Origin: Squalus acanthias
Lineage: Eukaryota
Assembly: GCA_030390025.1 (NCBI GenBank)
Contig: CM059425.1
Span: 176,950,001 to 177,014,000, forward strand
Direction of reading: 5' to 3'
Length of the DNA: 64,000 nucleotides
In this document: in pieces, positions 1-13,186 of the stretch
Layout: the number at the start of each line of letters is the position of its first letter
How positions within the stretch are numbered: position 1 is the stretch's first letter
Made by a program: the position numbers and the translations under genes
The notes under the pieces: model-generated
Told to the model about the DNA's origin: nothing
The model's database searches: none
What the model saw: only the letters and a program-made list of their open reading frames with translations

Positions 1-359
1 GACCCCTGGCCCCGGACGATCCCTGGCCCCCGACCCTCTCCGAAGACCCCTATCTTCCTCCTCTCTGCTCCCCAGGCCTACCCGCCTGGCAGCCTCTCAA
101 TCTGGCTGGCTGCAGGCGGGAAACAGATAAAAATATTTAAATCAGGCCCTGCCGTTAAATTTGGCAGGGCCTGAGTGAAACCCGTTCCCCTGGGTTTCCC
201 ATTCGTATTCCAGCCCCCCCTCCAACGCCCCCCACCTGCCTCCAAGATAAAATTCCAGTCATGCTTTCCAGGAACAGACACGGGGAGCTGAATTTTGTGT
301 TCTTTGGTGGACCTGACTGTCTGCCTTCAGTCTAGGTCTTGTAATCTATTGTACTCTTA

Positions 360-1021
360 GGACAGAATTTTAATCGGGAGGCGGGTTGGGAGCAAGGGGG
401 CTAGAAAGCGGTCAGGAAACCTGGGAGAATGGGTTTCCTCGCAGGCCCTGCTGAATTTAATGGCAGGGCCTGATTAACATTTCAAAGCTCTGTTTCCCTC
501 ACGCAGGCAGCCAGATGGAGAGGCTGGCTGGGAGTCAGGCGGGTAGGCCTGCGACTTTAGGCCGCAGAGAGGAGGAGGGTGAATTGGGGCCAGAGGGGGG
601 AGGCCAGGAAGGCGATCGGAGGCCGTAGGTCAGAGGGGGGATTTAAGGCCTCAGGTAGGAGGTCAAGGAAGATCAGTGGCATCAGGGGGGACGTTGGATC
701 CAGCAGGTAAGTGTTAAGGCACTTACCTCCTGGATCCAGCAGTCCTCACCTCCCTTTACCTCTCGGGTTCCCCGAGGCCCGGGAAACCTGACCAGCCAGA
801 GTTAAATTTGTAATGGCGAAATACCATAAGGCACGCCAGCCTCATTATAATATTTAAATGGGTGACCTGCCTCCTGAGAGTGAGTTGGCTGCCCGCCCCC
901 CGTCCCGCCTCCGTTAAAACCGGAAGTGGGCCGGTTGGGTTTGAGATTCAGTTTTTTTTTTAACTCTTTAACCTCCCACCTGACCCCAACCCACACGTTT
1001 TTGTGGGTTACAATTCCCTCC
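360..1021. mobile_element. GC-rich Harbinger-type MITE
   Basis: Imperfect TIRs GGACAGAATTTTAATC / GGTTACAATTCCCTCC and TSD TTA. A related partial copy lies at 1-260. Confidence 0.6.
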
Positions 1022-2119
1022 TTAGTGACAATTAATGTCACTCCTTACATTTGCCCAAGGATGTTGACCAGTATCATATGGACAGTGCATGATTTTGCCC
1101 TGGTTTCTGTACGGATGGCAAATTACTTCCACTGCAATCACGTAAACAAAATGAAAACAGCTTCCATGGTCAGAGACATAACCAGGCATGACATTCAATG
1201 GTTCACAACAGACATCACAAGATGACACTGCAGTAAAATAGAAGTCTCAGGTACTTTTTTTGAGTTAAGCAAAACTCATTACCACCTGAACCATGTTCTC
1301 TATTTTATTTCCAAACCCTTGCAATTCCACAGTGACAGAAATGCTCAAATAAAGACAGTTCACACATTCATACCAGGGAATATCTTCATTATTTCAAAAA
1401 CAAGACTGCAAACACCTTCAGACAAGACAACAGCTGGCCAGTCCCCAAAAACTTCTTTTGAGGAAATAAAGTTTTGAAAGACTACTACATTGAGCAGTTT
1501 GTTTGTTACATAACATTTCTGGAGACAAACATTAAATAAATACACCTGTAATGGTGACTCTCAGAAATGATCAGCTGAAAGTTTGGCTCCCTCGAGTCTG
1601 TGTGCAGCCAATAGTGGGAGAAGGTTACATCTAAATCGATTGGTTCGGATAGGCTCCAGTTTCCACCTACTAACCAATCTGTATGGTTCTGATGAACTCC
1701 AGTGTGGCCCTCAAAATGAACTGACAGTCTCCGTAAAACCCTTCCAATTGTTCTGATTGGTTGACATGGACAACTTCTAATCTGAGTGAAAAAGATGATG
1801 GTCTACAAATTCGGTAGCCCCCGAAAACGGGCATTACAATGCGATGGCAACCCGTGCCCCTTCGGAGGACTGCAGGCAGCACATAAAATTCATGCTGCCT
1901 GCTAATTAACATGATTGTAGCATTCAGTTGAGGGCAGAACGCGCTGCTGAGTGGCTGAAAGCTCAACAGGGGGCCCAAGTTCGTGCGAGGCTAGCACCAA
2001 TTAAAACTACCCTGCACTACTTAAAGGCAGTTTGCACCTCTTAAAGGGGAGGTGCCTTCTGCCTGCAACAGGTGATGAAAATGATTATGAAGGCTGCTAT
2101 CAGAAAAACAAGATTGAGT

Positions 2120-4006
2120 ATTGGTTCAACAGGCCAGAGAAAGGACTCAGAGATTCTCCAATGCAGCACTGGAGGTGCAGATCCAGGAGCTCCACTCCAG
2201 GAGAGAGGTTGTCTTCCCACAGGGGGCCAGGAGGCCCTCCAGGCAACAGTTGAGAGTGTAGTGGGAGCAGATAGCCACTGTGGTAAATGCCAGCAGTATC
2301 GTCGTGAGGACCTGGACTCAATGCAGGAAGAAGTTTAATGACCTCACACGCATGGTCAAGGTCAATGAGTTCATCTCCAAATGCCATATCCCACCATCTG
2401 CACCACTAGCCTCACACACTGCTCAATGCGCCACACCCCCATCACTCACCTACCAACAATCTCGACCAAACACAACTCATACCTCACATTCATAGCTTCA
2501 TCTCACCCTCACACACTTACCACTGCTGCAAGCCTCACACCCACATCTCACACCTTGCACACACTGCCAGCTATTCAACCATGACAAACATATCACCCAA
2601 GCACATTACACCACACTCACTGACACACTTCCCTTTCTCTTGCATGAAAAGATGGTGCATAACCACAGGCAGCAGATCTTAACCAGTGGGGGACATGTTC
2701 GCCTGCATCACCTCACCCCATTGGAGGAGACAGTGCTGGCCATTCTTAGGAGGAGCATGGCTGAGCCTGTGGCCAGCAGTGGGGCTGAAAGGATACAAGG
2801 TGCTGGTATCCTCATACGTTATCCTCCTTCTCACATTCCACTTCCCCTCATCCCACAATCTCTTCTGATTTACAATCTGCACATGGTGTAAGCATGCAGC
2901 TATTGCTTGCCCCCATCCCCTCACCACAACTCTACCCTTGTACCTTTCTCATTTCAGACACCCAAGAATTGCAGCCTGCCCAGTCAGTGGTGGAAAAACA
3001 AGAGGGAGAGGAGAGTGAAGAAGAAACACTGTCACTCGATTTCACACTCCCAGCCACCAGTTCAGATACTGACACTCCGCGTACTTTAGAGGATAGGTTA
3101 GACATGGGATCTGCATGTGGTGAGTCACCGGGCATGAGTGGGCTGCAGCCAGGGCAGGGGAAAAGGGTATCTCAGGTGCCAGCTCCCCAGAGGGAGAGGT
3201 CACACATGAGTTCTTCTGCACAGGACTCAGATGAGGACCTCGATGGGGCGGCCTGCAGAAGGCGGCTGATGGGTATGCACAATGGGTGCATTGGCAGGCC
3301 TGACAGAAAGCCTGAATGCAATGTCAAGGAGCATGGAGGAGTCCAGCTCCAGCCTTGCACAGGGCTTTGGGCAGAGCTTGGAGCCCATCATTTTCGGCGT
3401 GGAAGGGGTGGGCAGATCCATTAACGCACTTGTGGACTCTACCATCATGCCGTGTCTGATGGCCGAAGTCTCAGCTTCCATTGCAGTACAAGCAAAAGCC
3501 ACCCAATATCTGAGTGCAGTAATGAAAGCTCAGACTGAATTCATGCAAGCACAGACTGCTGCCATCATGGCTGGGTTTAGCAGTGTGGAAAGGGGCTTGT
3601 AGGGTGTCACAGCAGTCCAACAGTCTGTACTCCAGCAGATTACTAGGATTGCTGAGGTGCTGCCCTGGGGAAGAGGCAGATGGAGTTTGACCCTGCTGTC
3701 CTCTTTCAGGATGACAGCATTCGCACTGCCACCTCTGTCACTCTGCCAGTGCCCTTGCTGTTGCCTGTAAGTCAGCCAACCCAGACTGCTGCCGCCCATG
3801 CCGAGGTGGTGCAGTCTGAAGTCGGGCCTACTAAGCCCAGAGCTCCTCAAGGTCATCCTGCAAGGCCATCTGTAGTCTCCCCCACTGAAAGTCAGCAGCC
3901 TTTCACCAGCCATGCTGCAGCCACTGGAGTAACACTGCATAGGGGCACTAGAGTAGGCAAAGGCACATGCAAGTCAGTCACTAAGGGAATGTACAAGGGT
4001 GATTAG
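2120..4006 (+). pseudogene. Harbinger Myb/SANT-like DNA-binding protein gene, three exons, disrupted
   Basis: RFSNAALE...WEQIA...RTWTQCRKKFNDLTRMVK motif. Exons at about 2120-2360, 2646-2806 and 2958-4006. Contains stops and frameshifts. Confidence 0.8.
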
Positions 4007-4139
4007 TAAAAATTTTGATATATTGGATGCATATATGGATAAAGTTGGATTGGAAAGTTTGCTTTGTGGTGGCTTTTATTTCAGCATTGTGGTCAAGAGG
4101 ATGCTGTGATGGTCAGTAACAGAGGGAAGGTAAGGTGTG

Positions 4140-6011
4140 GGACTAATGTTGAAAGGGGAATTGGGGTTGCGTTCAATCGAACCACAGCCAGATGATTCGA
4201 TCCCAGATATCCCGGCTGTCTGGGTTGCCTCCTTCCTTCTGATTCCGCCTACTCCTCTTCCGCCCCCTCCGCTTCCTCCTCCTCCTGAGCAGGTGGCCGT
4301 ATTCCTGGTGGAAAGGGCTGTGCCCTCATGATTGCCAGGTTGTAGAGGATACAGCAGACCACGACAAATTAGGACAAATGCTCCACTGAGTACTGTAGGG
4401 CTCCTCCAGAGTGCTGCAGGCAGCGGAAGCATTGTTTAAGGACGTAAATGGTCTGCTCGATGATGTTTCATGTGGCAGCATGGCTCTGGTTGTAATTATG
4501 CTTCCCACGTGTGGTTGGGTTGCGGAGCGGAGTCATGAGCCAGGTGGTCAAGGGATAGCCCTGGTCACCCCAGCAGTCAGCTTCTGGTTTGTCTTGGTGG
4601 CTCAAAGACTGAGGGAACAGCGGACCGGCGCAGAATTAAAGCATCATGACTGCTGCCAGGATACCGAGCATTCGCCATCATACCGAGCATTCACCATCAT
4701 GACTGCTGCCAGGATACCGAGCATTTGCCATCATACTGAGCATTCACCATCATGACTGCTGCCAGGATACCGGGCATTTGCCATCATGACTGCCGCCAGG
4801 ATACCGAGCATTCGCCATCATGACTGCTGCCAGGATACCAAGCATTCGCCATCATGACTGCTGCCAGGATACCGAGCATTCGCCATCATGACTGCTGCCA
4901 GGATACCGAGCATTCGCCATCATGACTGCTGCCAGGATACCGAGCATTCGCCATCATGACTGCTGCCAGGATACCGAGCATTCGCCATCATGACTGCTGC
5001 CAGGATACCGAGCATTCGCCATCATGACTGCTGCCAGGATACCGAGCATTCGCCATCATGACTGCTGCCAGGATACCAAGCATTCGCCATCATGACTGCT
5101 GCCAGGATACCGAGCATTCGCCATCATGACTGCTGCCAGGATACCGAGCATTCGCCATCATGACTGCTGCCAGGATACCGAGCATTCGCCATCATGACTG
5201 CTGCCAGGATACCGAGCATTCGCCATCATGACTGCTGCCAGGATACCGAGCATTCGCCATCATACCGAGCATTCACCATCATGACTGCTGCCAGGATACC
5301 GAGCATTCGCCATCATACTGAGCATTCACCATCATGACTGCTGCCAGGATACCGAGCATTCACCATCATACCGAGCATTCACCATCATGATGTACTGAGC
5401 ACGGTCGCACACCAACTGCACATTCAGTGAGTGATATACTTTGCGGTTGCAGTACATCTCAGCAATTATATACGGTGCCCGCAAAGCCACGTACATGCAG
5501 TCGATGGCACTCTACACCATGGGGAAGTCCGCTATCCTGGCAAAGATACGTGCATGCTTCGTCTGCTTCTCTGTGGTCAGAGAGAAGACAATGAACTCCC
5601 CTCTCCTGGCATAAAGAGCTCTTGTCACCTCTCTTATGCAGCAGTGGACGGTGAACTGTGAGATGTTACAGATGTTGTCTGCTCCAGCCTGGAAGGATTC
5701 CGACACAAAGAAATTCAGGGCCACGGTTACCTTCACAGCCACTGGCAGCGCTGTCCTTGCCCTGGTGTGAGGCTGCAGGTCTTGTTGCAAGAGGTGGCAG
5801 AGTTCTGTGAGCACCTCCTTCATAAAGCACAGACGCCTCAGACACTGCTCCTGGCTCAGGTCGAGGTAAGAGAATTGCTCTCGGAAGACCTTCCGAGAAC
5901 CTTTCTCCTCCTCCTCCTCTTTCTGCGAGCAGCTTGTCCTCTTCTTTGCTGCCTCTGCTCCATCTCCCTATCATGCTGCAAGCCAAGGGGGATGACAACT
6001 ACAGCATCCAT
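4140..6011 (-). pseudogene. Harbinger (HARBI1-like) DDE transposase, disrupted
   Basis: Motifs LPVAVKVTVALNFF, FPMV*SAIDC, YHSLNVQLVCD, NARYPGSSHDA, DQGYP, IIEQTIYVLKQCFRCL, CCILYNL. Interrupted by stops and a VNTR. Confidence 0.9.
4642..5390. repeat. Minisatellite, 34-bp unit CATCATGACTGCTGCCAGGATACCGAGCATTCGC (about 19 copies plus several 18-bp subunits)
   Basis: Directly visible tandem array with no spacers. Confidence 0.97.
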
Positions 6012-6519
6012 GCCTAGGAGCAAGTGGTCTGACCAGAACCCTTGAATTAAGAAGCAAGGCCTTCTCCACTCCCTGTCACCTCACCAACTTTAAAGAACTC
6101 TAGAAAGCACTAAACAGTCCTACAAACTTACAGAGCCAGTAGAAATCAAAAAGCAAGTTACCTAAAAGTAGTTGATGATCCCCTTAAATAGCACTGGGGT
6201 GGGGTGTCCTTCCTGCTGCTGAATGCATGTTCAGCTGTGCGAGGTTAAGAAAGGGTGTTAGCTCCAGCAATGATAATGAAAATGGCATCGCTGGCATCAA
6301 ATCAGCGTTGCGCCTCCCTACCACCCTCACCAAGATGATGCCCAGCGTGGCCCGCACCAGAGGTGTGCGCGTGCTGCTCAGAAGGCATTTTGTTCCCAAT
6401 TCGACACTCGAACGCTACAGAACCGAATTTCTAGGCCGATTTTTCTTGTGAAATGCCCATAAACTGACAGTTACACTTTTCAGTTCAAATCACTGATGAT
6501 TGATATGTATGCAGGAGGG

Positions 6520-7400
6520 AACATAAGAACAGGAGTAGGCCATTAAGTCTATCAAGGCTGCTTTGCAATTTTGCTGGCCATAGCAGGTCTTTATCTTTTT
6601 AATCCCAATTCCCCACCCTTTTTCCATATCCTTTAGAACCCTTACTCCCTAAGTATCTATTTCCCTTCTAAACTCTTTAATTAATTTTGCATTAAAGGCC
6701 CCTTGGGTCGGTGAATTCTACCTTCAAACAATCCTTTCTGCGAAGACATTTTTTCTGGATTCCCTTTTAATTGGCTTAAGTCTAGTTTTAAGATTATATT
6801 CCCTTGCTCTGTATTCCACGACTAGAGGGAAATCATTCCCCATCTACCTTGTCAATTCTCTTCATTATTTTATACACCATTTGACCTGTTCATCTCTGGG
6901 CAATATAACCCAAAATTAGGTAATGTCTCATCATGACTCAGTTCCATCAACCCATGTAACATCCTGGTTAACTGTCACTGGACCAGAATATCCTTCATAA
7001 AGTGGGCCATCAAACTGAATACAATACCCCAAATGTGCTTTCCGGTGTTCTGCATAACTGTAGGGGCATTTCCTTACTTTTACAGTCTATGAGGATAATC
7101 TTCACTTCCGTGGAAAGGAAAATCAGGTAGAAGTATAACGGGCAGCTGAGCCACAAGCACCAGTTTTCCATTCGTGCACAAAATTACCCCTTACATCTCT
7201 TGCAATGAAGGCCATTTCCCATTAATCTTTTTGCTTACTTTTTGTACCTGCGAATTAGATTTTAATAATTTATATACTTGGACACTTGAATCTCTTTGGT
7301 CTTCTCACCAACAATCTCTTTAGTGCTTCCTCATTTAGTTTGTATTCTCAGCTGCCATTCGTACATTCAAAGTGTACTACCTCACATGTTGTTAGGCTAA
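6520..7400 (-). mobile_element. Old CR1-type LINE 3' fragment (contains a small MITE near 7091-7191)
   Basis: Starts with ACATAAGAACAGGAGTAGGCCATT (reverse of the CR1 tail). Diverged similarity to the CR1 copy at 46-47 kb. Confidence 0.6.
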
Positions 7401-8309
7401 ACTGCGATCATTTTTAAGAGACCTGTACTCAGGCTTGGATCAGGTGTGATTCACCATTATTGGGCCAGCACTTGGACTTGGGACGTGCATGAACAATTGA
7501 TACAAAATCAACATTCAGGCCTGGTAAGATTGTGATCAGCTAGTACAGTGCCAGTGCAGAGACTGGTCTGCTATTTGCACCAGTCTCTAATATTGATCAA
7601 GTACAAGACATTTGTTTCTGCTTAAAGATTCCCCCCGTTACAAGATTGCTTCAGTATTGATGATTGCAAAGTTTTCCATTTTATGAGCGATGGGCATTCG
7701 GTCTGCCATTGCCAAACCACTAGGCAGCTTGCATGTTATTACACAATAACATATCAGGATAGAGGAATAAGAAATGGCTGAAGTAGTGAATGAGGGATTA
7801 GATTGGAACACAGCCAGCAGGTACACAGCAGAGTCCCCATTCTAGATTCTCCTGCCAAATGCAAGAGGAAAACTAACTCCAGCTCTTCCTGCATCCTTGC
7901 AGTTATTTGCTTTCCTTTCGTTTAATGGTAAATGATATTAACGTTAAATACTGTACATTGCTGATCAAACAAGTGCTTTACTGTCATCATCCTGGAAGAA
8001 GTATTTTAACCCCCAGATATATCGGAATTGTAATACAAAAGTGGTACTTTTTAAACTCTCTCATTTGCAAAGTTAACATAAAAAGTGTCCAGGTCAATCC
8101 CTGAAAGAGCACACAGGTTGTTCTGTGCAGGTGCAAGTTTGTAGCAGACTGGTAAGTTGCAAAGAGCACTCAAATCTTGTGGTCAGCCATTTGCATAATT
8201 ATTCACAGACCCAGCTGCAAATTTGGGCAGGTGCAGGGAGTACAATAGTGGTGAGAATGCAAAATTGAACGTAGCTAAAATTTAAAGGGATACCAATTAT
8301 TCCATAGTC

Positions 8310-9012
8310 TTACATAGTATTTACAGCGCAGAAACAGACCATTCGGCCCAACGGGTCCATGCTGGTGTTTATGTTCCACACAAGCCTCCTCCCACCCTTC
8401 TTCATCTAACCCCATCAACATATCCTTTTATTCCTTTCTCCATGCGTTTAACTAGCTTCCCCTTAAATGCATCTATGCTATTTGCCTCAACTACTCCTTG
8501 TGGTAGCGAGTTCCACATTCTAACCCAGGGCTGGGTAATTATTTGGGTTGGAGGGCCACGTTACAGGTTTTGGTGAGCTGTTGAGTGCCGCACACCAATG
8601 TTCCCCCTAAGGTGCGCGGCCTCACACCAATCGCAAGGTCACACCCAGCCGCTCGCCGGCTCCCGCGCAGGCCGCTCTCCGGCTCCCCCCCCCGCAGGCT
8701 GCTCGCCAGCTCCCCCGCAGGCCGCTCTCTGGCTCCCCCCCCCGCAGGCTGCTCGCCAGCTCCCCCGCAGGCCGCTTGCCGGCTCCCCCCGCAGGCCACT
8801 CGCCAGCTCCCCCACAGGCCGCTCGCCCCGCAGGCCACTCGCCTGCTCGCCCCGCAGGCCGCTCGCCAGTTCCCCTGCAGGCCGCCCACCAGCTCCCACC
8901 CCTGATCTAACCACTCTCTGGGTAAAGATGTTTCTCCTGAATTCCCTATTAGATTTATTAATAACTATCTTATATTTATGGCCCTAGTTCTGGTCTCCCC
9001 TGCAAGAAGAAA
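8310..9012 (-). mobile_element. CR1 LINE 3' fragment split by a hAT-like MITE
   Basis: CR1 3' UTR (CCATTCGGCCCA). The sequence resumes in register after the insert. Confidence 0.7.
8526..8904. mobile_element. hAT-like non-autonomous element with an internal GC-rich tandem repeat (about 8645-8890)
   Basis: Termini CAGGGCTGGG / CCCACCCCTG. 8-bp TSD TTCTAACC/ATCTAACC (7 of 8 match). Internal units of about 17-27 bp resembling GCCGCTCGCCAGCTCCCCCGCAG. Confidence 0.75.
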
Positions 9013-9279
9013 CATCCAGGAATAGGGTTGCCAACTCTGGTTGGACATATTCCTGGCAGTTTCATCACCACCTCCCATCTCCAACTGCCCCACCCAGTCA
9101 AACAGTCGGTTTTCCATCTCCAATATTTTTATAACTAATAAACAAAAGTGTTGAAAGTAAGTGTAAAAAACACACAACTTATTAAAGGGAAGTGGCACAA
9201 TAGGAGGACATCAATTCTTCCAGCCTTTGGAAAAGCTCAAAAGGCATTTCAACCCCTTGCTGTCTTTGCCATGGCTGAA

Positions 9280-10530
9280 GGGAAGAGAGAAAAAGGAGGT
9301 GGCAGGCAGGAAAAGAAAGCCAATATACAGGCATGAGTTCTCTTGGCGATGGGGTGGCCCAGCACTTGACTCTCTGTTTGATGGATGCTGAATTGAAGAT
9401 GATGCTGCAGGAAGTGCTTGTGAGGAGGGTGACCCTTTTTGCTACTCCACAGCGCCATCCCCATCGGTCCACAGTACTGCATGTTGGGGAGAGACAGGCT
9501 TGAGGCTGCAGCTGACTGGCATGGTCACTGGCTGTGCCAACCCTTTGCTGCATCATAGCTGCAGGTATCCTTGCAGCACAACTCTGCACCTGACTCTCTG
9601 ATGACCCAAGCCCTGTGAAGACAGTTCCCCGCGGTTGTTGCCAGGTAGGTGTGCCAGAACCTGCAGATATGATTGGTGGCATCTTGCTGGGTGCAGCCAA
9701 TCAGAGTGCGCTGACTCTTGATCACCCTGGCATGTCTTCTTTCACGCCTTGCCACTGAGAACGTGACAAACTGTACGGGAAGTTCTTCTGAAGAAGCATC
9801 CAACATCAGAGTTGAGGCCTCAGCGTGCATTAATCATCTGCCAAAGCGAGGAGCATTCACCTCTGTTGCAGATGCAGGTACTGGCAGGTGGGCATAGAGC
9901 ATGGAGAAATCTTCATTGCCTCTGCCATCTGAGATCGGATTATTGCACTCCAAAAATTGCGGCATTGAATTTACTCCACTGTTCCCACTCCCGATCCGTC
10001 CACCGCCATTTTGAACGGTCCTGAAAATGGGCAACCAGGGGCACGCCTGTTTCAGATAAGTGTCAATCGAGTTTCTATGACATACATAGGACCCCGATGC
10101 AATTTTTAGGTTCCAATGGGCGAAGTGTGCACCGCACATATTCTGCCCATTGGTACTAGGCACACAGCGGCCTTAAAGGGACTGCAGCAAGCAACTCTGG
10201 AAACAGCCTAGGTACATTTTCAGAATGATTTTTGTGAGCCAATGAGAAGCCTGAATGTTCTTCCTGGCTTCAGAAAAATCTTCCAACCTGCTACCAGCTT
10301 CTCGCTGCTCGATTTACCTCTTCCCCCTTTTAACAGTTATCTCCGCCTCGGATCCAGAGAGGAGCCACTGGATTTCTCGCACCCCTTGTTTCACCCCCGC
10401 CCCCACCCCATTCGATTAGCACTCGCAACTCATTAATCAGGTGCAAATGAGGCACAACCATCAAATTGGCTCAGGATTCTAACTGCCCACCACCAGCCCA
10501 ATGTCGGACGATTATGAAAATTGGCACCAA
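9280..10530 (-). mobile_element. Highly decayed Harbinger-related relic
   Basis: Weak similarity to the transposase N-terminus (RFWHTYL...CLHR...ELC...LQGYLQ...PVT) and a MITE-like GC-rich right part. Confidence 0.35.
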
Positions 10531-12394
10531 TGTCTCATACATATTGTCTTGCCTGGCATCTCTCCATAGATCCTCCTCCTCTTCTTCCTAATACTTCAGA
10601 TAACACCTGCCTCTTGAAGAATGTTTGCACCAAATAGAGGTTCAAATTTATCTTTGGGGATATTTTGTTATAGCAAGATAAAAATACTCTTACTTATTTT
10701 TCTCTGGTTTAATGCTCAATAATCAAAATGGCAGCTGGCAGCTATTTTGGCTTATTTTAAATTGTTAAACGCAAATTCACTGGTGAATATGAACAGCTGA
10801 AAATTGACCAATCAGAACACATTTATGTTGGTTTTACAGCTCTTAAGCAGCTTAGGAGCTGCTTACTTGTTAGCAATCCCAAAGCTATTGGTGATCCAGC
10901 TGTAGGTGTGCACAAATTGAACAGAAGAGAGTCAGGACAAAATCTTAGGAAAGATCGTTACTACCCAGAGTCGCTAGTCTATCAGGATATAATGAGCAGT
11001 ACAGCTAATTCACGTAAACCCTAAGCCTGTGAGCAGCTTATAAACAGTAATGCCACTTTCCAACAGGGCCTGCGTTATATTACTAAATCTAACAAGAAAG
11101 CTTGTGTCTGATCTGATTTCTCCGTCCCCACTCCCCCACCCTGGCCTGTAAGCAGGCCTATCCTTACTTTCCATTTGGCTCCATTACAAGGAAAAAGACC
11201 ACATTGCACAACAGATCCATTTATCCCCTTCACATTCCATAAATACTCGTGATTATCCTGGAAGCAATTTTATAAAACTTTGGGTAAACATTCAGAATGG
11301 GTAGGAAATAATAATGCCTAACCAGAAATATTGTGTACACCACACATTTAATAAATTCACCCTTCTATCTGGATCTGTGCTTTAGAAGCCAGATATACCA
11401 CTTCCACAATCAGTTTAGTGTTGTTGAATAAATTTTAAAAATAAATGCAACTTTATTCATTGTTGTTGGAAAGGGTATTTTTGTAAATACATGAAGCTTT
11501 ATTCAACATGTTTAATTAACATTTTTAGTCTTAAATTCCCCAAGCATCATTTAAACATATGACAAATTGAAGTGTTATTAACGTATCAAAATTAAAACGG
11601 ATATAGATATAATACATTATTAGCACTATGTGTAACATAGCTGTTCAGTCATTAATGTGAAACTTGCTATTTTTAATTTTACAAAAATAACTAAATCCCA
11701 GTAATAAATGTATAAATGAACTACAGTGGAGTCTTAATACACTGAATATCTCAATATATCAAAGTTTGGTATCGCTCTGCTACCGAGTATTTCATTTTAG
11801 TTTGATGTATATCAAAATAAAACCTTGAATTATCTCATGAATTTTGTGGCTCCAGTCAACAGCATTTACCTATATCTAATTAATACAAAATTAATCATTA
11901 ATGTCTCTGTGAAACCTGCTATTTTTAATTTTACAAAACTAACTAAATCCCTAGATTTTGTAACCCCATTCAGCAGTATTCACCTGCATCTATTTAATAC
12001 AAAATGAATTAGATATATCAAGCCCCAGTTCCACTTTCCTGGAATCTCCAAAACTTATCTCCAGCTCTCCTTGCTCTGTCCTCCTGCTCATGCAGGCTTC
12101 CACACATTCTTGTACTGTATTCCCAGCTAATACTCGGAATGGTCAAAATGTAATGCTGAACCTAGATAAAAACGTTAATAAGGCCACAGTTGGATTTTTG
12201 AGCTCCAGACTATAGGAAGGATGTTCAGGCAATAGAGGTGGTCTAGAATGAGGGGACACAGATACAAGATTAAATGTAGGTTTAGATTTAGATGCAGATT
12301 TAGAACATAGAGCAGAAGAAACTTTTTTTTTTACACAGAGGGCTGTGACGCTGTGGAGTGCACTACCAGACTTAGTGATTGAAGCAGAGACCAT

Positions 12395-13015
12395 GAGGTT
12401 AATTTTAACTCCCACTGCCCGGCGGAAGTGGGGGACTAACCCACTTTGTTCCCGCCCCAATCTGACCAATTGCAATAGTAAATTGCAGGAGGCAGTGACA
12501 CCCGCCTGCAGCGGGTAAAGCCCTTCTTTAAATATGCAGATTGGGTTCCGATGACATCATCAGGCCCAACCACTATTTATTCCTGAGAGCAGAGCAGTGG
12601 TGGCTTCTCCTCCAGGCCAAAGCTGTTGGGATCTGGATCCAGGGCCACAAGAGGCTCAGGTAAGTGTATATTGTTTAAATTTGTTACAGGTTTCCTTAGG
12701 CTTCCCCTGCCCCAGGGAACCCTACCCCGCCCCCCTCACCCAATGACCATGATTCCCTTCCTTAAGCCCTCTGATGCACTTACCTTATGCCATGGACCAT
12801 TCCTCTGGATGTCCGGTGCCGGCCTCTATGCTGCCCGATTTTAATTGCCAGGCAGCTGCTTCCCGCTGACCTCCAGCCCTCTTTGGTTGGGAAGTCGGCA
12901 GCAACAAGCTAACAAGGCCTGGCCGTTAAAGTTGACTGAGCCTCCCGGCTACCGCTCCCAGATGAGTTGGCTACTGGCTAGGCCGCATTCCCTCCCGAAA
13001 GTAAAGATCAACTCC
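12395..13015. mobile_element. Harbinger-type MITE inserted in a CR1 3' fragment (CR1 about 12310-13185, + strand)
   Basis: TSD CAT at 12392-12394 and 13016-13018, imperfect TIRs. The CR1 reads through GAAGCAGAGACCAT|GTCTACATTTAAG when the insert is removed. Confidence 0.7.
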
Positions 13016-13186
13016 CATGTCTACATTTAAGAATGGATTAGATAGGTGGTTGAAGGAGAAGGGAATAAAGGGAAATGGGAACAGAGCAGGAACAGGGGAC
13101 TACTGCTCATATGGAGGATAAACACCAACACGGACTTGTTGGGCCAAATGGCCTGATTCCGTGTTGTAATTTCTATTTAATTTTAT

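Larger units (their letters stand above)
1800..6437. mobile_element. Full-length decayed PIF/Harbinger DNA transposon with convergent Myb/SANT and transposase genes
   Basis: TIRs GGTCTACAAATTCGGT / ACCGAATTTCTAGGCC. 3-bp TSD GAT at 1797-1799 and 6438-6440. Two convergent pseudogenes inside. Confidence 0.9.

Noticed and set aside
4642..5390. CRISPR-like 34-bp repeats
   Set aside because: There are no unique spacers, the context is eukaryotic, and the unit derives from transposase coding sequence.
4140..6011. Domesticated HARBI1/NAIF1-type host genes
   Set aside because: Stops, frameshifts, TIRs and a TSD show a decayed transposon.
8539..8987. Pro/Ala/Gly-rich ORFs
   Set aside because: They are translations of a GC-rich tandem repeat.
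11650..12010. Short local duplications in AT-rich intron sequence
   Set aside because: These are two small diverged direct repeats with no further structure or functional evidence.
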